Source: Pedosphaera sp. (lineage in GTDB: Bacteria; Verrucomicrobiota; Verrucomicrobiia; Limisphaerales; SIBH01). Taken from it: a DNA stretch of 64,000 nucleotides. The notes beneath the pieces were generated by a model. The model saw only the letters and a program-made list of their open reading frames with translations. It did not search any database and was not told where the DNA came from. This document shows, in pieces, positions 50,404 through 60,106 of this stretch. A program made the translations under genes and the position numbers. The stretch is taken from contig JANOQV010000308.1 in NCBI GenBank assembly GCA_031414955.1, positions 1-64,000 of the forward strand, read 5' to 3'. How positions within the stretch are numbered: position 1 is the stretch's first letter; each line of letters begins with the position of its first letter.

Positions 50404-51921
50404 TCACACGAGCACCTGTTCCACCACACGCCCATGCACGTCGGTCAGGCGGCGGTTGATGCCGTTGTGGTAGAAGGTCAGCCGTTCGTGATCGAGGCCG
50501 AGCAGGTGCAGAATGGTGGCGTGAAAGTCCGGGATGGTGACCTTGTTCTCGGCCACGAAATAGCCCACTTCGTCGGTCGCGCCGTGGCGGTAGCCCTTCT
50601 TCACGCCCGCGCCGGCCAGGAAACAGGTGAAGGCGGTGGGGTGATGATCGCGGCCCGGTGAATCAATCCCCTGCGTGGCCGGCCCGCGCCCGAACTCGGT
50701 GTTCCAGATGACGAGCGTGTCTTCCAACAGGCCGCGTTGCTTGAGGTCCTGGAGGAGCGCAGCCACGGGGCGGTCCATGGTGGCGGCCTGGGTGTCGTGG
50801 TTCTGCTTCAGGTTTTCGTGGCCGTCCCAATTGATGCGCGGGCTGCCGAAGGCGCCGCCATTGAACACCTGCACGAAGCGCACGCCGCGTTCGAGGAGGC
50901 GACGGGCCATGAGGCAATTGCGCGCGAAACCCTTGTTCGCGTCGTCGTCGAGTCCGTAGAGCTTTTTGGTGGCGGCGGATTCGCCGTCGAGTTTGGTCGC
51001 CTCGGGAATGCTGGCCTGCATGCGCGCGGCTAGTTCGTAGGAGCGCAGGCGCGCGGCGAAAGCGCCGTCGCCCGGATGCGCGTCGGCAAACTCGCGGTTC
51101 ATCTCGGCGAGCAGCTTCATGTCCGCCGAGCGCGTGGCCGGGGCGATGTTGGTCGGCGTGTTGAGATCAACGATTGGTTCGTGGGAATTGGTGCGGAAAG
51201 GAACGCCCTGGTGGTTCGCCGGGAGAAAGCCCGAGGTCCAGTTGATGGAACCGCCGGCCATGAGTCCGCGCGGGTCGGGCAGCACGACGAAGGCGGGCAG
51301 GTTCTCGTTCTCCGTGCCCAGCCCGTAACTCAGCCATGCGCCCATGCTCGGAAAACCGTTCATGGTGAAGCCGCTGTTCATCTGGAAGGTCGCGGGCGTG
51401 TGGTTGTTGCTCTTGGCGAACATGGAGTGGATGAAGCACACGTCATCGACGCAGGAGGCGAGATGCGGCAGCAGACTGCTGACCCACGCGCCGGACTGGC
51501 CGTGCTGGCGAAATTCGTAGGGGCTTTTCATCACCTTCCCCGGCTGGCCGAAGAAGCCGAGGTTCTCGCCTTTGCCTTCGAGCGTCTGGCCGTGGAGCTT
51601 CTCCAACTCCGGCTTGTAATCGAACGTATCGAGATGGCTGACGCCGCCGCAGCAGAAGATTTGGAGGACGCGCTTGGCCTTGGGCGGAAAGTGCGCAGGT
51701 CTCGCGGAGGAAATCACAGCCGACGACGCGGCGCGCGTTTGCTCGCGGTTCAACATCCACGCCAGCGCAATGCCGCCGAGGCCACCCGCGGTGTTCCACA
51801 GGAAATGTCGGCGTGAGAGCAGCGACGTGGCGAGTGGCTGCGCCGGTGAAGGCGCGGCTGTCTCTTCTTCAAACCGCCGTGTCGCTGCGGCGGCTACGCG
51901 AAGGGCGTATTCACCTGACAT
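50404..51921 (-). CDS. DUF1501 domain protein with Tat-type leader
   Basis: SRRHFL, PKAKRV, GGVSHLDTFDYKP, YELAARMQ, ARRLLERGVRFVQ, WDGH, EFGR, RDHHP. Confidence 0.93.
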   Translation of the reverse strand: MSGEYALRVAAAATRRFEEETAAPSPAQPLATSLLSRRHFLWNTAGGLGGIALAWMLNREQTRAASSAVISSARPAHFPPKAKRVLQIFCCGGVSHLDTFDYKPELEKLHGQTLEGKGENLGFFGQPGKVMKSPYEFRQHGQSGAWVSSLLPHLASCVDDVCFIHSMFAKSNNHTPATFQMNSGFTMNGFPSMGAWLSYGLGTENENLPAFVVLPDPRGLMAGGSINWTSGFLPANHQGVPFRTNSHEPIVDLNTPTNIAPATRSADMKLLAEMNREFADAHPGDGAFAARLRSYELAARMQASIPEATKLDGESAATKKLYGLDDDANKGFARNCLMARRLLERGVRFVQVFNGGAFGSPRINWDGHENLKQNHDTQAATMDRPVAALLQDLKQRGLLEDTLVIWNTEFGRGPATQGIDSPGRDHHPTAFTCFLAGAGVKKGYRHGATDEVGYFVAENKVTIPDFHATILHLLGLDHERLTFYHNGINRRLTDVHGRVVEQVLV

Positions 51922-52050
51922 AAGCAAACTCCGTGGCATTAAGCAGCGCGCAGCAGACGTACGGCAGTCCGCACCCCTTCGCCGCCGGTGTGGCGCATTT
52001 CAGTTCTTCGCTCTCGACCTCGAGGTCGAGAGTCTGTCGTACAGAAGCGT
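51911..52050 (-). pseudogene. Diverged relic copy of the 3' end of the DUF1553 gene
   Basis: Translates ...EELKCATPAAKGCGLPYVCCALLNATEFAYVR* vs ...DELKRGVAVAKARGLPHLCWALLNSTEFVYVQ* at 52925-53020; about 58/75 nt identical by hand count. Confidence 0.85.
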
Positions 52051-52935
52051 TCACAGTTTTTCCGAGCCGTTAAATTTAGGCTGAACTTTCTCTTCCCAGA
52101 TTTTCAACAAAGTTGGCTTTCTTTGCTCAAATTCCTTTCGTTTGACCCTGACTTCTTTGGCGGTGAGTCCGGAGACATCAACAAATGTTTCGAGAATCTC
52201 CGGCCATCGAAGGCCTCTTTCGGCGAGGTAATGCATCCCGAACGCGTACGCATCAGCCTCAAATTCCGGGTTGTTTTCCGCGCTAAAATAGACCGGCAAA
52301 TTCTGGGTGTAATGCTTCAGCTCATGCAGAAGGCGCGAATCCCGGACCATGATCTCTTCATTATTCCTGGGCAGGATAAGGATGGCGTACTGTTTCTTGG
52401 ACTGGTTGGTTCCATAAATCCTGGTCTGCAAACTGGCAAAAAAGTATTCCAAATCTCCATACGACAACCGTTGTTTGCGCTGCTCGCGCGAGGCGGAGTT
52501 TATCCGGCTCAGAAGCTGGTCTTTGAGTTCCTCCAACTGTTCTCGATACAGATAAAAATAGGCGAACTTGTTCCGGGCGTTCTCTTCATTGGACAGAAGG
52601 CCCTGCATCAATTCCTCTGGAATCAGGAAAGTCTTGATGCGAGCCAGTTCCGAGAAGGACAACTTGAGTTCTCGCACCGCAAAAGCCTGAGCTTCTGGCG
52701 ATAATTCTTCGCGTAGATTGATCGCCAAAACTTGGTTAAGAGTTTCATCAACGAATGACGGGCGGCCTTGGGGTAACGGGCCGGCCGCCATGACGGTTGC
52801 TGCCACCAGCGCTGCCTGAACACTCAACACCAAATAACGACGGCGTGAAAGCAGCGTGCCGCCAGCGACTTTCTGGCGGTTAGGCGCGGGCATTGGAGGG
52901 CCGGCGGAACGTCGGCGGCACGTTTCACTGAACAT
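52051..52935 (-). CDS. Orphan lower-GC protein with HExxH...ExxAD zinc metallopeptidase-like motif and Tat-like leader
   Basis: LLHELKH followed by EFEADAYA; N-terminal LLSRRRYL plus a hydrophobic stretch; visibly AT-richer than the flanks. Confidence 0.7.
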   Translation of the reverse strand: MFSETCRRRSAGPPMPAPNRQKVAGGTLLSRRRYLVLSVQAALVAATVMAAGPLPQGRPSFVDETLNQVLAINLREELSPEAQAFAVRELKLSFSELARIKTFLIPEELMQGLLSNEENARNKFAYFYLYREQLEELKDQLLSRINSASREQRKQRLSYGDLEYFFASLQTRIYGTNQSKKQYAILILPRNNEEIMVRDSRLLHELKHYTQNLPVYFSAENNPEFEADAYAFGMHYLAERGLRWPEILETFVDVSGLTAKEVRVKRKEFEQRKPTLLKIWEEKVQPKFNGSEKL

Positions 52936-55900
52936 AGACAAACTCCGTGGAGTTGAGCAGCGCCCAGCAAAGGTGCGGAAGGCCGCGCGCCTTCGCCACC
53001 GCCACCCCGCGTTTCAATTCGTCGCGGGTCGCGTCACGACCGAGCGCATGGCGATAAGCGGCGCGGATGGCCTCCGGCAGATTCTCATTTGCTGCAGCCA
53101 GCGTGCGTGCGGCCAGCCTGTCCGCCTGCCGTTGCACGAACGAATTATTCATCAGCGCCAAGGCCTGGAGCGGCGTGGTCGTCACGCCCCGCCGGGGAGT
53201 CTTCACGGAAGGATCGGGACAGTCGAACGCATCGAGCAGCGGTTCTTTGCCGGAGTTCACATTCATGCGATAGACGGTGCGGCGGTTGAACTCGGGGCCG
53301 ATCTTGTCCACAGGCAGATACGCATTGGCAGGAAACTTCAGAACCTCGAACGGGCGGTAACTCGGGCCGCCAGCCTGCAAGTTGATCTCCCCGCTGACCA
53401 TCAGCATCGCGTCGCGCAATGTCTCCGCCTCCAGGCGGCGCGGCGGAAAGCGCCAGAGAAGCTGATTGTCAGCATCGAGAACGGCGGCGCGGCGAAAAGT
53501 TTCAGGACGGGGAACGCTCCCCTGCCGATAGGCCGCTGAGTTGACGATCAAGCGGTGCAAGGCCTTGACACTCCAGCCGTGGTCGATGAATTGCGTCGCG
53601 AGCCAGTCGAGTAACTCCGGGTGGCTGGGCGTGGCACCGCTTACGCCAAAGTCGTTGGGTGTCGAGACGAGACCCTGGCCGAAATGGAGATGCCAGACGC
53701 GATTGACCATGACACGCGCCGGCAGCGGATTGCGCCGGTCACTCAGCCAATCGGCGAAGCGCACCCGGCGCTGCGCCTCCGGGGCATCGGCGGGCAGTCC
53801 GAAGTCAGGCTCCAGATCGACGATGACTGAAAGCGCGCCCGGGGTGACAATTTCATCCGGCGACTTCACATCGCCGCGCTTGAGCCGGCGCGTCGGCGCG
53901 GGTTGGACGCGCGTGCCGACATAAGAAACAGGCAGGGGTGGAATCGCTTTCAACTCGCCCTTGGTCCGAGCGAGTTGAGCCAGCGCAGCTTCACGATGAA
54001 GCCGTTGCACTTCGGTCAGACTTGCGAGCATCTCCTCGCGCGACACCACGAATCCGCCCGAGCGAAAGGAAGCCTGAACCTCGGCAACGCTCAAAGCCCG
54101 GTCGAACAAGGACGCCTGTTTGATTTCACCCCGCAGATACGGTTTGCCACCGCCCTGGTGGCGCAGGCCCAACAGGACATGCGACTGGCCCGCCTTGTAT
54201 GTCTGCAACGGCCCGCCGGGCGTGTAGGGCTGGCCGTATGGTTCACCATTACGAAAGACGGCCACGCTGTGGTCGGCACGATAAACGACGGCGACGTGCA
54301 TCAACTCACCCGGCGACGCGTTCTCTTCCGGCGCGTCGAGATCCTTGGTGCGCTGGAAGCCGCTGCTCCCGGCGGTCCACTTCCGCGACTGGCGTTCACC
54401 GAACACGATGGCGTCGAACACGCTGCCATCCTTGTTCTCAATCGAGATGGCCGCGCCACCACCTTGCCTCAAGTCAGCCAACGTGACCCAGGCTTCGAGT
54501 GTTTTCTCGCGGAGGTCGCTTGGCAGGGGCGAGGTTTGGAAGAAATCGCCATCCTGAATCAGACGCAACCGCCCATTGGTAACGCTCGCGCCGCCCTTGA
54601 GTTGGCCCGGCATCACGGCGTTGGTCGCACCGTCAAACTTCCAGCACACCATCGGCTGCGGCGCAGGAGCATTCGTGCCCAAATGCGGCTGGTGCCGGAC
54701 GGCGGCGGTCTGGTAAGCCTCGGTTTCGATGCGCGCCACAGCCGACTCCGCTTCGGATTGTTCGCTCTTGAGCTTCGCCGTGCGGGCTTCCCGTTCCTTG
54801 AGTTCAGCGGGCGTGGCGAGAGAACGCTCGCCGTGTTTCACCCCCTCGAAGACCGACTTGATGCGGTAGTACTCCTCATGGGAAATCGGATCAAACTTGT
54901 GCGAGTGGCAGCGGGCGCAATTGATGGTGAGGCCGAGAAAGGTCTGACCCACCACGCTGATCAAATCCTCCAACTCCTCTTCGCGAGTGATGGCTTTCTG
55001 GGTCGCATTGGCCTGGCTGTTGCCCGCTTCGTCCCACGGACCGCAGACCAGGAGGCTCGCGCCGATGATGGAATCCGCCGTCACCGATTCGACCGCATCG
55101 CCGGCAATTTGCTCGCGCATGAAACGGTTGTATGGTTTGTCCTCGTTGAAACTCTTGATGACGTAATCGCGGTAGTGCCAGGCACGGTCGCGAAGCTTGT
55201 CATACTCAAAGCCCTGGCTCTCGGTGTAGCGAGCCGCATCCAGCCAGTGCCGGCCCCAGCGCTCACCATAACGGGGCGAGGCCAGCAATCGCTCCACCAG
55301 CCTCGCATAAGCGTCCGGCGACTTGTCCTCCGCGAACTGTTCGATCTCCGCCGGAGCCGGGGGCAACCCAACAAGATCAAACGTCAACCGACGGATGAGC
55401 GTGGCGCGGTCGGCAGGAGGCGCGAGCGCGAGACCATTGGTGAGCAGCCGGGCGTGGATGAACTGGTCGATACGGTTGGTGACGGATACGGCCAAACTGC
55501 GCAAGGGTTGCAAAGACCAATGCGAACTGCGCGCGGATTTAGCAACCCCATCAGGCCATTGCGCACCGTGATCAATCCAGGACCGCAATAAGCCAACCTG
55601 CTCGGCAGACAATCGTTCGCCCTTGGCCGGCATCACGTTTTCCGAATCGAGTCCGGCCACCAGGTGAATCAGCCGGCTCTCGTGGCTCCGACCTGGCACG
55701 ATGACGGCTCCGCCATCGCCGCCCTTGAGCGCGGCGGATTTCAGGTCCAGGCGCAATCCAGCTTTCTGCTTCTCGACCCCGTGGCAGGAATCGCAGTGCC
55801 GGGTGAAGAGGGGTTGAATGTCTCGGATGAAATCGGCTGGCCCAGAAGCAGGAGGCGGCAGCTTGGAAAGATCCGGGGGGGCGGCGGCCTCAAGCGAGGG

Positions 55901-55972
55901 CAGGAACCACAGGACACAGCCGAGCATCAATAGAATGTTCGTCTGCTTCCGCCATGGCCGCGCGCGATTCAT
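52925..55972 (-). CDS. Planctomycete cytochrome c / DUF1549 / LamG-like / DUF1553 protein
   Basis: CDSCHG, LIRRLTFDLVGLPP, YGERWGRHWLD, CARCHSHKFDPI, ARVMVNRVW...FGQG, HPELLDWLA, PLQALALMN. Confidence 0.93.
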   Translation of the reverse strand: MNRARPWRKQTNILLMLGCVLWFLPSLEAAAPPDLSKLPPPASGPADFIRDIQPLFTRHCDSCHGVEKQKAGLRLDLKSAALKGGDGGAVIVPGRSHESRLIHLVAGLDSENVMPAKGERLSAEQVGLLRSWIDHGAQWPDGVAKSARSSHWSLQPLRSLAVSVTNRIDQFIHARLLTNGLALAPPADRATLIRRLTFDLVGLPPAPAEIEQFAEDKSPDAYARLVERLLASPRYGERWGRHWLDAARYTESQGFEYDKLRDRAWHYRDYVIKSFNEDKPYNRFMREQIAGDAVESVTADSIIGASLLVCGPWDEAGNSQANATQKAITREEELEDLISVVGQTFLGLTINCARCHSHKFDPISHEEYYRIKSVFEGVKHGERSLATPAELKEREARTAKLKSEQSEAESAVARIETEAYQTAAVRHQPHLGTNAPAPQPMVCWKFDGATNAVMPGQLKGGASVTNGRLRLIQDGDFFQTSPLPSDLREKTLEAWVTLADLRQGGGAAISIENKDGSVFDAIVFGERQSRKWTAGSSGFQRTKDLDAPEENASPGELMHVAVVYRADHSVAVFRNGEPYGQPYTPGGPLQTYKAGQSHVLLGLRHQGGGKPYLRGEIKQASLFDRALSVAEVQASFRSGGFVVSREEMLASLTEVQRLHREAALAQLARTKGELKAIPPLPVSYVGTRVQPAPTRRLKRGDVKSPDEIVTPGALSVIVDLEPDFGLPADAPEAQRRVRFADWLSDRRNPLPARVMVNRVWHLHFGQGLVSTPNDFGVSGATPSHPELLDWLATQFIDHGWSVKALHRLIVNSAAYRQGSVPRPETFRRAAVLDADNQLLWRFPPRRLEAETLRDAMLMVSGEINLQAGGPSYRPFEVLKFPANAYLPVDKIGPEFNRRTVYRMNVNSGKEPLLDAFDCPDPSVKTPRRGVTTTPLQALALMNNSFVQRQADRLAARTLAAANENLPEAIRAAYRHALGRDATRDELKRGVAVAKARGLPHLCWALLNSTEFVYVQ

Positions 55973-56077
55973 CGAAGCTTCGCCCCTAGGATTGCGAGCA
56001 GAGTGGCAAACACCGGGCCGGGCGACAAGCGGTGATTGCCGCGCGACCAGGCCGGCGGGCCGGTCGAGGACGAGGGA

Positions 56078-56551
56078 TTACACCTTGGCCAGCCCCTGCG
56101 CGACGCGACGCTGAGTCTCGCGGTATCCGTGCAGGAACAAGTCATTGTCCGCCACCGCCTTCTGGATGAACTGAATGAGCAGCATCATTTCGGAACGGTT
56201 GACGACGAGGTGGACGCCGAGTTGGAAAGCCTGCAACGGATTGAAACTAGTGAACGACTCGCCCACGAGGATCAGGGTGGTATGCCGACGGAGATTCATC
56301 GGCGCCGTCTGGAGGAAATTCATGCTCCGGTTCTCCGGGGCGGTGTCGGCGGCGAAACACTCCTCAAGGATGACGACTTGATAAGGCACCTGGGTAAAGT
56401 TGCTGATGAAGTCACCGTGGGTCGCGGCGATGTGGACCTTGTAGCCCAGTTCGGTCAGCGCCGCGCGGGCCAGCTCCTGCCACTCCGGGGTGCTCAAGCC
56501 GAGCAGCGCGGGTTTGTCGGTGGTGGTGAGAAAATCAAAGTTGCCGGACAT
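56078..56551 (-). CDS. Hypothetical protein (possible receiver-like fold) co-transcribed with the pilT/pilU pair
   Basis: Starts 3 nt after the pilU-like stop; alternating beta/alpha pattern. Confidence 0.7.
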   Translation of the reverse strand: MSGNFDFLTTTDKPALLGLSTPEWQELARAALTELGYKVHIAATHGDFISNFTQVPYQVVILEECFAADTAPENRSMNFLQTAPMNLRRHTTLILVGESFTSFNPLQAFQLGVHLVVNRSEMMLLIQFIQKAVADNDLFLHGYRETQRRVAQGLAKV

Positions 56552-56554
56552 AAT

Positions 56555-57769
56555 TTAACGCATCTTGATGGTTTGCATGGGCGGAGGCGGAGGCGGCGCC
56601 ATCGTGCGAGTGGAGGTTTCAATCTTCTCCGCCATTTTCAGCACGAACTCGGTGGTGTTCTCCCCGCGCTTCTTCTTGACGTTGTCGATGCCGCGCTGCA
56701 CCTGGCCGCGCTTGCTGCAATAGAGAAGGGCGGTGTCTTCCGTGATGAGACCCTTCTCGTAGGCTTCGAGACAGGATTGATCAAAGCTGCGCCAGCCAAA
56801 GGTGCAGCTGGCTTCAATGATCTCATGGAAGCTTTTGCCCTCCCCTTCGCCGAAAACAATGCTCTCTTTGGTGCGCAAACTCGAACCCATGATCTCGAGC
56901 AAGGCGTGCCGCCCGCCGCCCACTTTCGGCGCGAGGCGCTGGCCGACAATCCACCGGAGCGTGTCGGCCAGGCGGTGCCGGACCTGCTCCTGCTCCTCGG
57001 TGTCGAACATGCCGAGAATACGGTTGATGGTCTGGCCCGCGTCAATCGTGTGCAGCGTGCTCATGACCAGATGGCCCGTCTCAGCCGCGTTCAGGGCAAT
57101 CTCCACCGTGGCCCGGTCGCGCATCTCACCGACGAGAATAATCTTGGGCGCCTGGCGCAAGGCGGCGCGCAGGCCGCTGGAAAAGTTGTCGTAGTCGGAA
57201 CCCAACTCGCGCTGGTTGATGGTGGCCATCTTCTGCGAATATACGAACTCGACCGGGTCTTCGAGCGTGACGATATGAACCGCCTTGGTGCCGTTGATCT
57301 CATCCAACACCGCCGCCAGCGTGGTCGATTTGCCGGAACCGGTGGCCCCGGTCACGAGTACCAGGCCGGTCTTCTCCTTGGCCGGCAGATGGAGAATCTC
57401 GGGCAACTGAAGCTCGGCCAAGGTGGCAATCTTGGTGTTCAACTTGCGCAGCACAATCGAGTAAAAGCCGCGCTGGGCAAAGATGTTCACGCGGAATCGG
57501 GCCCGGTCGATCACCGAATAGGAGGTGTCGCAGGAACCGGTGCGCAGCAAGTCATCCATCAGGCGGGGATTGCCCCCGATAAGATTGAGGGCCAGCATTT
57601 CCGTCTGGAACGGGGTCAGCATTTCGACTGGCGGATCCAGCGGCACTGGCACCAACACGCCGTCGGACTCCACCTGCGGCGGCTTGTCCACGGTAAAAAT
57701 CAGATCGGACACATTGGCCCGAAAATCGAGCATGGTCCCCAGGATATAATCGAGTTCGTTGCGGCGCAT
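56555..57769 (-). CDS. pilU: PilT/PilU family type IV pilus ATPase
   Basis: GATGSGKSTT, TLEDPVE, LRAALRQAP, GEMRD, AAETGHLVMSTLHT; second of a tandem pair. Confidence 0.85.
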   Translation of the reverse strand: MRRNELDYILGTMLDFRANVSDLIFTVDKPPQVESDGVLVPVPLDPPVEMLTPFQTEMLALNLIGGNPRLMDDLLRTGSCDTSYSVIDRARFRVNIFAQRGFYSIVLRKLNTKIATLAELQLPEILHLPAKEKTGLVLVTGATGSGKSTTLAAVLDEINGTKAVHIVTLEDPVEFVYSQKMATINQRELGSDYDNFSSGLRAALRQAPKIILVGEMRDRATVEIALNAAETGHLVMSTLHTIDAGQTINRILGMFDTEEQEQVRHRLADTLRWIVGQRLAPKVGGGRHALLEIMGSSLRTKESIVFGEGEGKSFHEIIEASCTFGWRSFDQSCLEAYEKGLITEDTALLYCSKRGQVQRGIDNVKKKRGENTTEFVLKMAEKIETSTRTMAPPPPPPMQTIKMR

Positions 57770-57771
57770 GA

Positions 57772-58875
57772 TTACAGGGCGGCCACTTCGTCATCGAGTG
57801 GCGGCGTTGCAAGGAAGGGACGGAACTTTTTCTTGTCGAGGCACTTGTCGTAGGCTTCTTCCGGCGAGACACGCTTCATGCGCAAGTGGTCCATGATGGC
57901 GTCATCGAGCGGCACGTTGCCGATCTTCTTACCGACTTGAATCATGCCAGGAAGCTGATGGGTCTTGCCTTCGCGCACCAAGTTCGCGATGGCGGTGGTG
58001 AAGACGAGAATTTCCAGCGCGGCCACCCGGCCCTTCTTGTCCACGCGCTTGAAGAGGTTCTGGGCCACCACGCCCTTCAAGGCCTCGGAAAGCGTGGCCC
58101 GAATCTTGTTCTGCTGATCGGCCGGAAACACGTCGATGATACGATCCACCGTCTTGGCCGCGCTCTGAGTGTGGAGCGTGCCGAAGACGAGATGCCCCGT
58201 GCTGGCCGCAGTGATGGCCAGTTCAATGGTTTCCAAATCGCGCAATTCGCCAACCAAAACAATGTCCGGATCTTCGCGCAACGCACCGCGCAACGCCGAA
58301 GCAAAGGAGCGCGTATGAATGCCGACCTCGCGGTGGTTCACCAGACAGCCCTTGCTCTCATGCACGAACTCAATCGGATCCTCGATGGTCAGGATGTGGT
58401 CGCGCCGGTTCCGGTTCGCGTAGTCCACCATCGCGGCGAGGGTGGTCGATTTGCCGGAGCCAGTCGGCCCGGTCACGAGCACCAGCCCCTTGTGCAACAT
58501 GCAGAACTTCTTCAGCACTGGTGGCAGGGGTGCCTCCAACTTTTCAAAGTCCTCGAAGGACAAAACCTTGGACGGAATCTGGCGGAACACCGCTCCGACG
58601 CCGTTCTTGTGGTTGTAAAAATTGGCCCGGAAGCGCGACACGCCCGGAATCTCATAGCCGAAATCCACGTCACCAGTCTCTTCGAACTGTTTGATCTTGT
58701 ACTCCGGCGTGATCTCGTAGAGCATCGCCTTGAGGGTGTCATTCTCGAGCGGCGGGAACTCGACCCGCTGCAACTCGCCGTTGATGCGCAGAATGGGTGG
58801 GTTACCGGACGAGAGGTGAACGTCCGAAGCTTTTTGCTCGAACATCAAATTGAAGAAAGCATCAATTTTCGCCAT
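57772..58875 (-). CDS. pilT: Type IV pilus retraction ATPase PilT
   Basis: ASDVHL, GPTGSGKSTT, TIEDPIE, ALREDPD, GELRD, TGHLVFGTLHT, AIANLVREGK. Confidence 0.93.
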   Translation of the reverse strand: MAKIDAFFNLMFEQKASDVHLSSGNPPILRINGELQRVEFPPLENDTLKAMLYEITPEYKIKQFEETGDVDFGYEIPGVSRFRANFYNHKNGVGAVFRQIPSKVLSFEDFEKLEAPLPPVLKKFCMLHKGLVLVTGPTGSGKSTTLAAMVDYANRNRRDHILTIEDPIEFVHESKGCLVNHREVGIHTRSFASALRGALREDPDIVLVGELRDLETIELAITAASTGHLVFGTLHTQSAAKTVDRIIDVFPADQQNKIRATLSEALKGVVAQNLFKRVDKKGRVAALEILVFTTAIANLVREGKTHQLPGMIQVGKKIGNVPLDDAIMDHLRMKRVSPEEAYDKCLDKKKFRPFLATPPLDDEVAAL

Positions 58876-59038
58876 ACAATCAGCTACAGCGGCACGATGC
58901 AGAAGGAACCTTAGCCGGGAAATGAAGAATGAGCATGAGGCATAAAGCAGGAGACGGGATGGAACGGGACGGAGCGCCGAGCAGCGCGCAGCAAGAGTGC
59001 GCCGCCAACGGCCGATCCGCGCGAGGCTCGGCGTTCCG

Positions 59039-60106
59039 ATGAACTCGCTCGCTGCGCAACTCTGCGACCACCTCCGGCGCAAAAATCCCCTGCCCTTCGC
59101 CGAGTTCATGCGCGCCGCGCTCTACGATCCGGTGCACGGCTACTACGCGCGGGCCGAGGGCCAGATTGGGAAGCACGGCGACTTCATGACCAGTGTCAGT
59201 GTCGGGTCGCTCTTTGGAAAACTGCTCGCCTTCCAGTTCGCCCGCTGGCTGGAGTTGGCGCGGGAGCCGGACTCGAGATTCCAAATCGTCGAGGTCGGCG
59301 CACATGATGGCCGGCTCGCGAGGGATATTCTGGAGGGTTTGGAGGAGCGTGATCCCGATCTGCTTCAATCAGTCGAATACTGGATCGTCGAACCTGGGGA
59401 GGCGCGCCGATCGGCCCAGAAAGCACAGCTCGACCGCTTTCAAAATGTCCGCTGGTTTGCCCACCCTTCGCAGTTCGTGCGACCCGTGACGGGAATCATT
59501 TTCTCCAACGAGTTGCTTGATGCCATGCCGGTGCATCCATTTGCCTGGAATGCCGGCGCGCGGACTTGGGAAGAAATGGGGGTGACCTTGGTTGGCCAAC
59601 GGTTCGCCTGGACCCGAATGTCGCGGCCCTCCACACCTCCCCCCGTTCTCCCCGCTGAACTGCTGGCCGTGTTGCCCGACGGATACCTGCTCGAACTTGC
59701 GCCGTTGTCCACGCAATGGTGGCGCGGCGCGGCGGCGGCCCTGGGCCGCGGCCATCTCATGACCATCGACTATGGTGGCGAGATCGAAGAACTGCTCTCG
59801 CCGGCGCGCACCTCGGGCACCCTGCGCGCCTACTCCCGGCACCGCGTCGGCCCGGTTGTGCTGGCGAATCCGGGTGAGCAGGACATCACGGCGCATGTGA
59901 ACTTCACGGATATCCGAATGGCCGGCGAGTCAGCGGGCCTGCGCACGCTGACCTTCACCACTCAAAGCCAGTTTCTCACGGCCATCGCACGCGAGCTTTG
60001 GACGCGCACCGGCTCATGGCCGCAAGAACAGGTGCGGCAGTTTCAGACCCTCACTCACCCCGAGCATCTGGGGCGGCCATTTCGCGTGCTGGTTCAGACG
60101 CGATGA
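59039..60106 (+). CDS. SAM-dependent methyltransferase, MidA/NDUFAF7 family
   Basis: FM..ALY....GYY, GDF.TS, EVGAHDG.LA.DIL, SNELLDAMP, IDYG, DITAHVNF. Confidence 0.92.
   Translation: MNSLAAQLCDHLRRKNPLPFAEFMRAALYDPVHGYYARAEGQIGKHGDFMTSVSVGSLFGKLLAFQFARWLELAREPDSRFQIVEVGAHDGRLARDILEGLEERDPDLLQSVEYWIVEPGEARRSAQKAQLDRFQNVRWFAHPSQFVRPVTGIIFSNELLDAMPVHPFAWNAGARTWEEMGVTLVGQRFAWTRMSRPSTPPPVLPAELLAVLPDGYLLELAPLSTQWWRGAAAALGRGHLMTIDYGGEIEELLSPARTSGTLRAYSRHRVGPVVLANPGEQDITAHVNFTDIRMAGESAGLRTLTFTTQSQFLTAIARELWTRTGSWPQEQVRQFQTLTHPEHLGRPFRVLVQTR

Noticed and set aside
51988..52704. 238-aa plus-strand ORF as the real gene of the low-GC insert
   Set aside because: The minus-strand ORF is co-oriented with the operon, has a coupled start, and carries a coherent HExxH...E motif. 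The plus-strand product has no recognisable features.
51911..53060. Diversity-generating retroelement TR/VR pair
   Set aside because: The mismatches between the two copies involve all four bases and many are synonymous, not adenine-specific. No reverse transcriptase is in the window.
56036..57853. 605-aa plus-strand ORF, and similar long antisense ORFs (53903-55591, 18449-19819, 33327-34619, 39519-40661)
   Set aside because: They mirror well-supported genes on the opposite strand and have no recognisable motifs. Such shadow ORFs are expected at high GC.
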